Shown here: positions 35,301-48,689 of the stretch, piece by piece | How positions within the stretch are numbered: position 1 is the first letter of the stretch | Layout: each line of letters opens with the position of its first letter | From: Octopus sinensis | Lineage: Eukaryota | Assembly (NCBI RefSeq): GCF_006345805.1 | Contig: NC_043001.1 | Span: 128,154,001-128,218,000, forward strand | Reading direction: 5' to 3' | DNA length: 64,000 nucleotides | Notes under the pieces: generated by a model | The model's database searches: none | The model's input: only the letters and a program-made list of their open reading frames with translations | What the model was told of the DNA's origin: nothing | Position numbers and translations under genes: made by a program

Positions 35301-36904
35301 CATATTAATTTTGAGTCAAGACATATTAATTTTGAGTCAAGACATATTATTTTGAGTCATTGCATATTAATTTTGAGTCAAACCTATTATTTGGAGTCAG
35401 CTGCATATTAATTTTGAGTCAGCTGCATATTAATTTGAGTCAGCTGCATATTAATTTTGAGTCAGACATATTAATTTTGAGTCAAGACATATTAATTTTG
35501 AGTCAGTTGCATATTAATTTTGAGTCAAGACATATTAATTTTGAGTCAGCTGCATATTAATTTTGAGTCAAGACATATTAATTTTGAGTCAAGACATATT
35601 AATTTTGAGTCAAGACATATTAATTTTGAGTAAGTTGCATATTAATTTTGAGTCAAGACATATTAATTTTGAGTCAGCTGCTTATTAATTTTGAGTCAAG
35701 ACATATTAATTTTGAGTCAAGACATATTAATTTTGAGTCAGCTGCATATTAATTTTGAGTCAAGACATATTAATTTTGAGTCAGTTGCATATTAATTTTG
35801 AGTCAAGACATATTAATTTTGTGTCAGCTGCATATTAATTTTGAGTCAGCTGCATATTAATTTTGAGTCAGCTGCATATCAATTTTGAGTCAGCTGCATA
35901 TTAATTTTGAGTCAAGACATATTAATTTTGAGTCAGTTGCATATTAATTTTGAGTCAGCTGCATATTAATTTTGAGTCAGCTGCATATTAATTTTGAGTC
36001 AGGACATATTAATTTTGAGTCAAGACATATTAATTTTGAGTCAGCTGCATATTAATTTTGAGTCAAGACATATTAATTTTGAGTCAGTTGCATATTAATT
36101 TTGAGTCAAGACATATTAATTTTGAGTCAGCTGCATATTAATTTTGAGTCAAGACATATTAATTTTGAGTCAGCTGCATATTAATTTTGAGTCAAGACAT
36201 ATTAATTTTGAGTCAGTTGCATATTAATTTTGAGTCAAGACATATCAATTTTGAGTCAGTTGCATATTAATTTTGAGTCAGCTGCATATTAATTTTGAGT
36301 CAAGACATATTAATTTTGAGTCAGTTGCATATTAATTTTGAGTCAAGACATATTAATTTTGAGTCAGCTGCATATTAATTTGAGTCAAGACATATTAATT
36401 TGAGTCAGTGCATATTAATTTTGAGTCAAGACATATTAATTTTGAGTCAGTTACATATTAATTTTGAGTCAAGACATCAATTTTGAGTCAGTTGCATATT
36501 AATTTTGAGTCAGTTGCATATTAATTTTGAGTCAAGACATATTAATTTTGAGTCAGTTGCATATTAATTTTGAGTCAAGACATATTAATTTTGAGTCAGC
36601 TGCATATTAATTTTGAGTCAGTTGCATATCAATTTTGAGTCAAGACATATTAATTTTGAGTCAGTTGCATATTAATTTTGAGTCAGTTGCATATTAATTT
36701 TGTGTCAGCTGCATATTAATTTTGAGTCAGTTGCATATTAATTTTGAGTCAGTTGCATATTAATTTTGAGTCAGTTGCATATTAATTTTGAGTCAGTTGC
36801 ATATTAATTTTGAGTCAAGACATATTAATTTTGAGTCAGTTGCATATTAATTTTGAGTCAAGACATATTAATATTGTGTCAGTTGCATATTAATTTTGAG
36901 TCAA
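29341..36904. repeat. 7.56-kb tandem satellite, 21-22-bp unit CATATTAATTTTGAGTCA+(GCTG|GTTG|AGA), about 345-350 units (estimated from length)
   Basis: Directly visible; invariant 18-bp core with a three-state variable segment; rare 19-bp deletion units. Confidence 0.98.
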
Positions 36905-38237
36905 CAAAAGAATGGAGTTGTTAGCGCTTTGTATGAATTGGGCTAAGTCCCATTTGTGTAAATACCAGCCTCCTTGAATTTCATATTGGCACAAAAAAAC
37001 ATTGGTTTCAAAATGTTTATCTCTCTCTCTCTCTCTCCTCTCTCTCTCTTTTACTCTTTTACTTGTTTCAGTCATTTGACTGCGACCATGCTGGAGCACC
37101 ACCTTTAGTTGAACAAGTCAACCCCCGGGACTTATTCTTTGTAAGCCTAGTACTTATTTCTATCAGTCTCTTTTGCTGAACTGCTGAGTTACGGGGATGT
37201 AAACACACCAACATTGGTTGTCAAGCGATGGTGGGGGGGACAAACATAGACATACAAGTAAACACACACACACACACACAATGGGTTTCTTTTAGTTTCT
37301 GTCTACAAAATCTACTCACAAGGCTTTGGTCAGCCCAAGGCTATAGTAGAAGACCCTGCCAAAGGTGCCATGTAGCGGGACAGAACCTGGAACCATGTGG
37401 TTGGGAAGCAAGCTTCTTACTAACACACCCACTCCTGTTTCATTAGAATATTTTAATACGTGTGGATATGTTAAAATGGCAAGCAGGCAGAATAGTTAGC
37501 ATGCTGGGCAAAATACTTAGTAGCATTTTGTCTATCTTCATCCTAAGTTCAAACTCTGTTAAAGTTAACTTTGCATTTCATCCATTCGGGGTCAATAAAA
37601 TAAATACCAGTTTAACACTAAGGTCAATGTAAATGACTTACCCTCCCCACTAAAAATCCTGGCCTTGTGCTAAAATTTAAAATCAGTACGTGTGAATGTA
37701 CTGGCAGAGGCAGAGGCAGTGGTGATGGTGGTGATGATGATGGTAGCCAAGGCAGTGAGGGATGAAGTGAGAGTAAGCGATGTGAAAGACAGTGGTAATG
37801 GTGATGAAGGGGAGGGCGGCGAAATCAAAGGTATTGACGGTGGTAGCATCAGAAGTCTGAATGGTGGGTGTATGGCAGATGTGGCAGTGATGGTGGTGGT
37901 GGTAGTGTTGTTTATCATGCAGCTTTGCAATAAGTTCCAAGTTGACAAATTATACCATTGCTATGACGAAAATTGTTCATTGCTTGAAAATTATTGTTGA
38001 AGTTTAATAAAATTTAATATGTACTCAATGCATGAAGTGTCATAGTTGGGCTCAAGGCCTAATGAAAAGCCCTTCACATAAGTATGTATGTATGTATGTA
38101 TGTATGTATATATATATGTGAAGTATATTTGCCATTTAAATGTGGCTAACCACTAAGGGTGGGTGCTACTGTAGCTTGTAGCCCCATGAGAACATCTTTT
38201 CCAGTTGGCTATTGACACACTTTCTGTGCCCTTGCTC

Positions 38238-38290
<53 letters not shown>

Positions 38291-38337
38291 GTATGTATGC
38301 ATGTATGTATGTATGTATGTATGTATGTGTATATATA

Positions 38338-38408
<71 letters not shown>

Positions 38409-39234
38409 ATAATATATATTCCTGAGCGTCCAATAATACTATATTTGTTCCACGTCCTCGCGTTGTTGTGTTGTTTTGTGCTTGCTTGTTTGGATTAACT
38501 ATATATATAATATGGTCCTTTTCCATACCAAAATACTACTTGGTCAAATTTGTTGATTTTATTAAATTAATTATATATCACCCTTTATCTGTATATATAT
38601 ATATATATGAGACAGGCTTCTTTCAGTTTCCATCTACCAAATCCACTCACAAGGTTTTAGTTGGTCCAAGGCTATGGCAGAAGACTCTTGCCCAAGGTGC
38701 CATGCAGTGGGACTGAACCTAGAACTATGTGGTTGGGAAGCAAGCTTCTTACCACACATCCACTCCTACATCTTTACAGACACTCCCGTGCCTATCACAG
38801 TGGGACTGCAGAAATTTTTTTCAGCAAATAATTGGAACATAAAGCAAAAAATCTTGAATAAATTAATTTTCTTATCATTCTATATTGTAAATTACCTCAT
38901 TATTTTTCTGACACATATTATACGCTTACGCTATTGCTTCAATTTAGCTGCAGTTATATGCATAGTAATTATAACATTATAGAAAACTAAAATATCTAAT
39001 TAGTGCACTGCGAAATTCCAGGGTTTGTGCAGAGCATGGTGCTTAGTTTCATGATTTGAATTACTTACGTAAATACCTACTAATATAACTGGGAGTGTGT
39101 TTACGTCATTTTTCTCTCTCTTTCTCTCTCTCTCCACCTCTTCCTCACTGTCAGTAACCCTAATATGCCATGGTGCTGTCACTTTGTTTGAATTTCATGG
39201 AAATACTGATGTCATTAGCTAAACATCCCTATAC

Positions 39235-39635
39235 TCTTTTACTCTTTTACTTGTTTCAGTCATTTGACTGCGGCCATGCTGGAGCACCGCCTTTAGTCGA
39301 TCAAATCGACCCCCGGGACTTATTCTTTGTAAGCCTAGTACTTATTCTATTGGTCTCTTTTTGCCGAACCGCTAAGTGACGGGGACATAAACACACCAGC
39401 ATCGGTTGTCAAGCAATGCTAGGGGGACAAACACAGACACACAAACACGCACATATATATATATAGACATATATACGACAGGCTTCTTTCAGTTTCCGTC
39501 TACCAAATCCACTCACAAGGCATTGGTCGGCCCGGGGCTATAGCAGAAGACACTTGCCCAAGATGCCACGCAGAGGGACTGAACCCGGAACCATGTGGTT
39601 GGTTAGTAAGCTACTTACCACACGGCCACTCCTGC
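39235..39635 (-). mobile_element. SINE family A
   Basis: Complete reverse-complement copy; more decayed copies at about 37030-37440 and 38610-38760. Confidence 0.85.
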
Positions 39636-39879
39636 GTCTTTATTTGGTGAAAATATTATCGGATTATTCAGTTTACTGTTTATGTAACAGAAACATAAAA
39701 TTAGCTACCCATGTATAAATTGTTTTTTTAATTTGATCTATACATATACAAACATGCACAAACATGCGCATGCACACACACACCACACACACACACCCTC
39801 ATACACACACATACATATAAATTTTATGCATATTTTATAGGTGCAGGCTTGGTCGTGTGGATATGATGTTGATTTTGTA

Positions 39880-40026
39880 AGGAGTGGCTGTGCGCTAAGT
39901 AGCTTGCTTACCAACCACATGGTTCTGGGTTCTGGTACCTTGGGCAAGTGTCTTCTACTATAGCCTTGGGCTGACCAAAACCTTGTGAATGGATTTGTTA
40001 GATGAGAACTGAAAGAAGCCCATCGT

Positions 40027-40093
<67 letters not shown>

Positions 40094-40302
40094 AATGTGA
40101 CCTCATGTGTACCGTTGGCGATTTTTTTTCCTCTGTCTTCCCTTCTCTGGATCTTTCCTTCTCCTATGTTTCCGATGAAGAGCTCCGCTCGAAACGTTAA
40201 ACCCTCCTTCTTCCCTTCTTTCCTGAGTGCCCAATAATACTCTATTTGTTCCACGTCCTCGCGTTGTTGTGTTTTTTTGTGTTTTCTTGTTTGGATTAAC
40301 TT

Positions 40303-40349
<47 letters not shown>

Positions 40350-40562
40350 ATATGTTTGTGCGTCTGTGTTTGTACCCCTACCATTGCTTGACAACTGATA
40401 CTGGTTTGCTTACCCCCCCGTAACTTAGGAGTTAAAACAAAAAGACCAATCGAATAAATACTAGGCTTACAAACAATAACTTTTGGAGTTGATTTGTTTA
40501 ATTAATGCAGTGCTCTAGCATGGCTGTAATCAAATGACTGAAACAAATAAAAGAGTAAAAGA
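39880..40562 (+). mobile_element. SINE family A interrupted in its central (TA)n by a ~210-bp hammerhead-bearing insert (40091-40302)
   Basis: Head 39880-40027 and tail about 40350-40562. The 3' part of the insert also occurs at about 38420-38500. Confidence 0.75.
40168..40202 (+). ncRNA. Minimal hammerhead-like motif (CCGAUGA variant)
   Basis: GTTT-CCGATGA-A-GAGC-TCC-GCTC-GAAA-CG-TT-AAAC; palindromic AACGTT stem III, 4-bp stem I. Confidence 0.5.
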
Positions 40563-41779
40563 GACTATGGTTTTGAGTTCTATTTCATAGCATGGCACCT
40601 TTGGCAAGTGTCTTGATATAGCTGGATGCTCTGTTATGCCTTCTGCTGTATTCTGTTCTGTGTTATCTGAATTCACATTCAGCAACACATAATACTTTTT
40701 TGCAGGGAATCCCATGGCAGTTAATTACTCTTGATGTGCTTATTAGGGGCACAGTGAGAAAGAGATGGAGAGAGAGAGAGAGAGAGAGTGAGAGAGAGTT
40801 AAAGAGAGCAGAGATTCTTATCTGGTGGTTCTTATACACAATTAAGAAAAAACTTAATGTTGAAGTACAAGAATTGTATAATTAGATCTATTTGTATTCC
40901 AGCATGGCCATATTTTTCAGCACTTGTATTCTTTGGGTTTCTTCAGAAAAGGAAAGAAGAAAAGTAGAAAGGAAGGATGAATAGATAAATAGATAGACAG
41001 ACAGACAGTCAGACAGACAGACAATCAGACAGACAGACAGATAGATATATGATAGACTTGTTGATTTTAAAAGTTCCTGCCATTTGGTTAGTAGAACTAT
41101 TCTGTTTATATTTGAATGCTCTACCATCATGCTTTCTTCTCAGCCAGTCACCATCCGCTATTCTCTGGTATACGAAGTGGTATAAAAAAGTTTCCAGACT
41201 AGCGTGCCAACAGATTGTAGCACACAGTTATATGTGCAGTGAAAGCCAGCAGTGACCTTACTAATGTAACTGGGAGTGACCTTACATCATCTCTTTCTCT
41301 ATCTCTGCCTCTTTCTCACTGTCAGTACCCCTAATAAGCACTTCAAGAGTAATTAACTGCCATGGTATTGTCACTTTGGATGCCCTTCCTAATGCCAACA
41401 TGCAAAAAAGAATAATGAGTTGCTGAAAGTAAATTCATATAACACAGAACAGAATATGATAGAAGACACAACAGAGCATCCAACCATAACGCTTGCCAAA
41501 GGTGCCATGCTATGAGATAGAACTCAAAACCATATTCTCTTTTACTCTTTTATTTGTTTCCGTCATTTGACTGCAGCCATGCTGGAGCACCACCTTTAGT
41601 TGGACAAATCAACCCCAGGACTTATTCTTTGTAAGCCTTGTACTTACTCTATTGGTCTCTTTTGCCAAACCGCTAAGTTACGGGAATGTAAACACACCAG
41701 CATCGGTTGTCAAGCGATGGTGGGGGGGGGACAAACACACACAAACACAAACACACACACATACACACAAACACACACA

Positions 41780-41811
<32 letters not shown>

Positions 41812-42189
41812 ACACACACACACACACACACACACACACATCTTCACACACACACATGCACAATGTTCATCAGGCACTGACTGAACGTACTTACGTATGT
41901 GATACTATTAGTAGCGTATATAATGCATGTAGTATGAAGCATCTGTAGTAATATTAGACTCTCATTATATGGAATACTCTTTTTATTGATTTTTACACAA
42001 ATTAATTTCGTGTGGCTGTGTGGTAAGAAGCTTTCTTCCCAACACATGGTTCCAGATTCAGTCCCACTGTATGACACCTTGGGCAGGTGTCTTCTACCAT
42101 AGCCTTAGGCCAACCAAAGCCTTGTGAGTGGATTTGGTAGATGGAAACTGAAAGCCCATTGTATATATATATGTGTGTGTGTGTGTATG

Positions 42190-42720
42190 ATTTTCTAACT
42201 AGAAAGGGTATGGCCTGGTCAGCCTGTAATGACATGCATAAGATCTGGTCATCAAATCTATGTAGAGACTTCAAACTTGAAATCTTCAAATCCACAGTCG
42301 AACCAATTCTTCTATATGGCTCAGAAACCTATACATTATCAAAGAAGCTTGAGAGGCGGTTGGATGGAACCTACACTCGCCTCCTTATGAGAGCTCAAAA
42401 TCTCTTGTGGAAGCGTCATTCAATCAAAATGCAAATATATGGGAAACTACCATCTGTGTCATCTCTTGTGAATGGTAGGAGAGTCCAGTTTGCTGGACAT
42501 TGTTGTAGAGCTGAAAACGTGGCAATTTCTACTCTTCTCCTCTGGAAGCCATCTACTCGCAATACCAGAGGGTGCACACTCTCCTACCCTGATGTAATCT
42601 CCAGGGATACAGGCATCCAGCAACAGGACCTCCGTAATGCTATGATAGACCGTGAAGTCTGGCGTAGCATGGTAAATTCCATTGTCTCAACCACGGTCAA
42701 ACAATGATGATGATGATGAT
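42190..42720 (+). mobile_element. 5'-truncated RTE-type LINE 3' end (third family) with (GAT)n tail
   Basis: ORF 42141-42707: KGMAWSAC..M.KIWSS..F..TVEPILLYGSETYTL...LE.RLDGTYTRLL..RR..FAGHC.R, the RTE thumb/C-terminus. Confidence 0.85.
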
Positions 42721-43478
42721 GTGTGTGTATGTATATGTAGTGGCTTGATGCAGGCATAGCATGGATTCAATCTTCAATTGCCAAATTTCACTTAACAGTA
42801 CAATGGACTTTTCCCATAGAGAAACATTGACAGTAGTTACATTTGCCAGATGCCTTGACCCCTGCTAACCTTTTGTATTCGGTGGAGAGTTAAATTGACA
42901 GAACAATAGACCTCTTGAATAACGGTATGTCTCTCTTTCTCACGATCTGGTGATAATTATTTATACAGAAGATTTCCAAGCAAAAGTGAGTTGGTGAGAA
43001 CTGAGTCTGGCTGACAGGCTGAACAAAAGGCTGTTACTAAAGAAAAAGGCACAAAGGGACAACTATGGTAGCTCACCAATGAAGCAATTGTTTCGTCCCA
43101 CCACTCTTACTTTCACTAACTCACTTTCTTTTCTCTGTAACATTACCATATCTTTCTCCATATACTACTATGAGAATGTGTACACACATACCGGCCAAAA
43201 TTAACTCTTTTTATCTTTCATACTTTTCCATTTACTAGTTATACATACCAACCCATTGTAGTTTTCGATATACACAAAGTAATGGTAAATATTTCTTTAC
43301 AACTTTGATCACTGTTCTTTTTCCATTTGGCACACTGGCAACCAACACCTTAACAACAACAACCATTACAATTGATGACCCTCGATTGCTACTAAAAACA
43401 TTGCCATTACAAATTGGTGATCCTGATGTTGCACCATAACAGGCATTGATTACATATATATATATGTATATATATATA

Positions 43479-43785
43479 TCATCATCATCATCATTGTTTA
43501 ACGTCCGTTTTCCATGCTAGCATGAGTTGGACGGTTCAACTGGGGTCTGGAAAGCCAGAAGGCTGCGCCAGGCCCAGTCTGATCTGGCAGTGTTTCTACG
43601 GCTGGATGCCCTTCCTAACGCCAACCACTCCATGAGTGTAGTGGGTGCTTTTTACGTGCCACCTGCACAGGTGCCAGACGAGGCTGGCAAACGGCCACAA
43701 TCGGATGGTGCTTTTTACGTGCCATTGGCACTGGTATCACAGCTACAATTTCCATTGATGTTGATCGATTTCGATTTTGATTTTC
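43479..43785 (-). mobile_element. Non-autonomous RTE-3'-derived element
   Basis: (CAT)n followed by GTTTAACGTCCG..GGATGCCCTTCCTAACGCCAAC, as at 19148-19450. Confidence 0.82.
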
Positions 43786-43791
43786 ATTTTC

Positions 43792-43838
<47 letters not shown>

Positions 43839-46551
43839 ATATACTTTGACTGTGTTCCTCCAAAAACTGTTCACTACCTTGGTTGACTGGGATTGAAACC
43901 CTGACTAGTCAGATTGACCACCTTGAAATTGAGTTCTACCAAGCCGCAAACCATTTAACCTCTGATAAGACTAATCCAATTGTTTATCAAATTTGTCCAA
44001 ATTTACCACCTGATATATACCCTAAATTATATACTTTGATGTTCTTGAACCATGACTCAGCACCAAATGAGTCTAAGCAATGATGGACACATCTGAAAAT
44101 TTGTTGAGTTTGGTAAGGTTTGGAAAAGAGATGAAAGTTTGTCTGAAGATATCAAACCAACAATGGGTATCATTGAAGAAGCCTCTGGAAACTAAACAAG
44201 AACAATATACCGTCTCTGATTGTTTATGCAAAAGCATAATTCCCAAAGTTTATGCAAAATGATCTTTTCTTTCCACGCTTATGTTTAAAGTGTTGTCCTT
44301 GATTTTATGACAGCCGTGGAAACATGTGTACATACTTTACTTTGTGATGTGTTTTTCAGCTTGCCTGGCTACATCTTGTTTCACAAATACTGCTCTAATT
44401 GCCGTGGGAGCAGTGCAATAGTCTATGTTCACTCAAGCTTTTCAGCAATTCCTTGCAATGAGTTGAACCAGTTGCAGCAAGAGTATTTTTCTGCAATCCT
44501 TCATAATGTACAACCCATGAGTGCCCATGAGTGGAAATTGAAAATGGTTCCATCTAGGGACTAAAACTAGGTCACATCATTTGACTACCTTCAAAAATAT
44601 TCAAATACAATGTAACAAGGAAAGTATTTAAGAAAAGTATTTCTTTAGATCATTTTTTTTTTGCCCCCTTTTCACTGAAATAGCTTACTAAATGTACAAT
44701 TTACTATATGTCTTTATTAACTGACGAAATCAGTTCCTAACATCTATTCTTATATAAGAATATGATTTCAAGTGTAGACTAGTTAAAGGAAATGGCTTTT
44801 ACTGGAGCAATTTTCTATACGTTGATTATATATTGTTAAGGGGTGCATAACTAAATTACAGTTCTAGTACATTTGGGATAAATTTAAACATTGCATGTTT
44901 ACATATTTATGTACGTACATATGTATGTATGTGTGTATGTACATATGTATGTTATGGATGTCGACACATAGTGTGTCTCGTTTATATACCCATTAGTTGT
45001 GCTAAACATCCTTTCATGACACTGAGTGTTAAAAAAACACAGTATATCTCAGACCAGATGAGACAACTTGCTCCAAAGATGAACAAGAATGGTGGATATG
45101 AATAATAAATTTGATTCACCTTGGATTGAACTGAATTGCTAGAGCTGCTTTTATTTCAAAATATATGTATGTATGTATGTGTGTGTGTGTGTGTCTGTAT
45201 ACAATATATATATATACATACAAATTCATATATATTTAAACACACACACATATATATAATATGTATACATACATACATACATACATACATACATACATAC
45301 ATACATACATACATACATACATACATACATACATACATACATACATACATACATGCATACATACATACATATATACATACATATACATACACACAAATAG
45401 ATAAAGAGCAAGAGAGAGAGAAAGAGAGAGAGAGAGAGACATGTATCCCTGCAGTTCCTTGAAAGCAACAAAAGAAAAAATGCCAATAACATTTCTGTCT
45501 GTCATTGTTTGAGTGTGATTCAAGGGTGATTTGGTTGTTATTTTTCTGTAGCAGGTCCAGTAGTTTTAAATGCACACTTAGAAAAACAATGCAAGCCATT
45601 CAAATCTGCATTCCCTTTAATTGTCAATCTCTTTGATAAGGACTTGAGTTGAAGTGAAACAAGTTGTAATAATATTTTTAAGTGTTTGAAAACAGTAAAA
45701 TATCTGACTATTTATAGTTGTTGGCAGAAATCCTGTCTGTCTATCTAACTAGCTTTGTCATCATCATTATCATTTCCACACTTACTTTTCCATGCTTGCA
45801 TGGATCAGTTTGATAGAAATTCATCATCTTTTCTACAGTGTTCACAACCTATCAGTGATGCAGAAGAAATATGTCTATGAAAACAGAATGGATTAACGAA
45901 GCATTAGCGTGAAGCAGTGTTTAGGTATGAGCAGAATTTGGGCTAGTTGAAATATGTTTGTGACATATCTCAACTGCTAAAAGGTAAATACACTGCAGTT
46001 ACCATGGACAAAAATCTCTTATGGTAAAAAAAGGGTGAAAACATACTGTTCATTCAGTGTCGCCATCTGTTAGGAATCTCAGACATCAATGTTTCGAGTT
46101 TTTTGGCTCTTGTCAATGAGCTGTACCTAAGAGAGGCAACTCTGAATGAACTTAATAAAGCTGTAGTTTTATATTGGGTCATCCCATAAATAATGCGGTT
46201 TTTTTCAATTGTATGAACTAAAAGTTGGACAGGGACGGGATTAAACTACTTGCATCAACTTGCTATAAAAGCAGGTAGTAATTTTATGCTTTTATGGAGA
46301 CCTTCCAAAAGTTAACAAGAAGATCAGGCTGTGACTATCTGGTCACTGCATGTAGCACCCTGAACTTGAATCATCTAAATTAGTCTTGTGGAATACACTT
46401 CAAGGTGACATAAGAAGAGGAAAGTATTGACAACTTGATAACAGAAACTGGTCTGGAATGTATCCAAAGCCCTTGCGGCAGTGATGGACCAAGACGTGTG
46501 GTAGGTGGACTTTGTTGCTGTGGCCTGGGTTGGAACCCAGCCATAATAATC

Positions 46552-46902
46552 ATCATCATCATCATCATCGTTTAACATCCGCTTTCCATGCTAGCATGGG
46601 TTGGACGGTTCAACTGGGGCCTGGGAAACCTGAAGGCTGCACCAGGCCAGTCAGATCTGGCAGCGTTTCTACAGCTGGATGCCCTTCCTAACGCCAACCA
46701 CTCCGTGAGTGTAGTGGGTGCTTTTTATGTGCCACTGACACAGGTGCCAGACGAGGCTGGCGAACGGCCACGCTCGGATGGTGTTTTTATGTGCCACCGG
46801 CATGGAGGCCAGGCAAGGCTGGCACGGCCACGATCGGATGGTGTTTGTTACGTGCCACTAGCATGGAGGCCAGTCAATGCGGTAGTGGCTACGGCCACGT
46901 TC

Positions 46903-46905
<3 letters not shown>
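46552..46905 (-). mobile_element. Non-autonomous RTE-3'-derived element
   Basis: Same tail and modules as 19148-19450. Confidence 0.82.
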
Positions 46906-46945
<40 letters not shown>

Positions 46946-47498
46946 TCAGTTTGCCAGCAGATCAGCTCTACACTCACCATATCAGGAATTACTTTCCAGA
47001 CCCAGAATAAAATGATTCACTCCAGATTCGACATGTCAGGAGCTTATCTCAAGAGTATGTTTCTCCTTGCACTGCCTACGCATTTTACAGACATTTGTCA
47101 ACTTCATGCTTTTTTCCTAAAACTCACTTCATAAAAATTTTAACATGCGTTGTCAATACATCATAAATCCATGATGTAAATAGTTATTTCTGAGGAAATA
47201 CAAGTCACTCCTCACATCCTTTGTAGATAAATATCATACTAACTACAAAAATGTGTCATATTTAATCATAGATATATAAAGCATTTTCACTTTATGGGAT
47301 TGAACTTAGATGGTTTTCAAAAAATACTATTCATTCTTCTATTCTTTCTTTTATTGGTTTCAATCACTGGAGTTTGGTCATGTCAGGGTATAGATTTTGA
47401 TGGCTTTAGTGAATTATATCGATACCAGTATTTTGTCTGATACTCATTTGTAGCTGTTACTGATTATCAAATAGATTAAGATCACTTATTGAATTTAA

Positions 47499-47718
47499 CC
47501 CTTTCATTACTAACCCAGCTGAAACCGGCTCTGGCTCTGTAGTTCAAATGTCTTGTTTTCATAAGTTTTGAATTAAAATCTTCCACCAAACCTTAGTCAC
47601 AATTTATGTTCCTAACACTAGCTTAATGATAACAAAGTTTTTTACTAAATTCTTTGGCATATATAAAATAACAGAAAGAAACACAGAGCATCGTAAAATA
47701 AATACGGTAACGAAAGGG
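47499..47718. mobile_element. piggyBac-like MITE (TTAA TSD), family P2
   Basis: TTAA|CCCTTTC...GAAAGGG|TTAA; reverse-complement relative at 55596-55816. Confidence 0.8.
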
Positions 47719-47861
47719 TTAAGGAATTTTCTCAAATAATAGGGAGAAAATACTAAAGCGAACTTATTCCAAATAATGCTAGCACACAAACACACACCAC
47801 ACTTTTGCACACAACCATATATATGTATGAGTGTGTATGTATATATATATATATATATACG

Positions 47862-48109
47862 CTCTCTTTACTCTTTACTCTTTTTCTTGTTTCAGTCATT
47901 TGACTGCGGCCATGCTGAAGCACCACCTTTAGTCGAGCAAATCGACCCCGGGACTTATTCTTTGTAAGCCCAGTACTTATTCTATCGGTCTCTTTTGCCG
48001 AACCGCTAAGTGACGGGGACGTAAACACACCAGCATCGGCTGTCAAGCGATATTGGGGGGGAAAAACACAGACACACAAACATATACACCCATACATACA
48101 TATATATAT

Positions 48110-48146
<37 letters not shown>

Positions 48147-48295
48147 GACAGGCTTCTTTCAGTTTCTGTCTACCAAATCCACTCACAAGGCATTGGTCAG
48201 CCCGAGGCTATAGCAGAAGACACTTGCCCAAGATGCCACGCAGTGGGACTGAACCCGGAACCATATGGTTGGTAAGCAAGCTACTTACCACACAC
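47862..48295 (-). mobile_element. SINE family A
   Basis: Complete reverse-complement copy. Confidence 0.85.
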
Positions 48296-48384
48296 ATATA
48301 TATTTATAGAGTTATCTGAATACTAAAGGGTTAAACAAGTTCAGTACTGTCACTCTGACATTGTCAAGAAGAAAGCTTTTGACT

Positions 48385-48545
48385 AAAATTACGTGTTGCC
48401 TCCTGACATTGATGATAACATTGAGAAAATGGTGAGTAACTGTTAATCTTGTCATTGGAACCAAGTGCTCACAAACAAAGACATTTCTACAACTGTGAGA
48501 ATGGCCAATATTACAACATCAGGTCATGTGAACCAAGCAGACTAT
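48385..48545 (+). mobile_element. Possible LTR-retrotransposon (Gypsy-like) integrase zinc-binding remnant
   Basis: YVLPPDIDDNIEKMVSNC*SC resembles the YVWWP.ID.DIE..V..C..C motif; short and degraded. Confidence 0.4.
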
Positions 48546-48689
48546 AAGGCTGTGCTGAAAAGGAACTTTTCAGCACAACCTCATATCCCCACTTCATGAA
48601 ATCTGTATTTCCAATGTATAGAAGAATAAAAAAGTGGTGACTAGAATATCCACTTATTGAAATTGAACCAATCCTATGACTAGCACCTA

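Noticed and set aside
29341-36904. CRISPR-like or protein-coding interpretation of the array (ORF 35360-35560)
   Set aside because: No unique spacers, only a 3-4-nt three-state segment, and no cas genes. The 22-bp period cycles through a TAA frame, so the short ORF is a by-product of local indels.
36890-37102. ORF with FLCQYEIQGGWYLHKWD resembling a lectin-domain end
   Set aside because: Runs out of a SINE tail and (GA)n with no polypyrimidine acceptor, and ends in the satellite; no supportable splice sites.
43243-43440. Stop-free minus-strand frame (CYGATSGSPICNG...) as an upstream exon of the receptor gene
   Set aside because: Weak acceptor, best donor is phase 2 (incompatible with the phase-1 exon), and it contains an internal ~42-bp duplication; not supportable without RNA data.
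43860-44560. Possible old transposase remnant (VLSHG-like motif on the minus strand)
   Set aside because: Single short motif amid multiple stops; family cannot be supported without a profile search.
45839-45924. Plus-strand AG...GT-bounded segment
   Set aside because: Stops in all three frames; at most a non-coding exon, with no further support.
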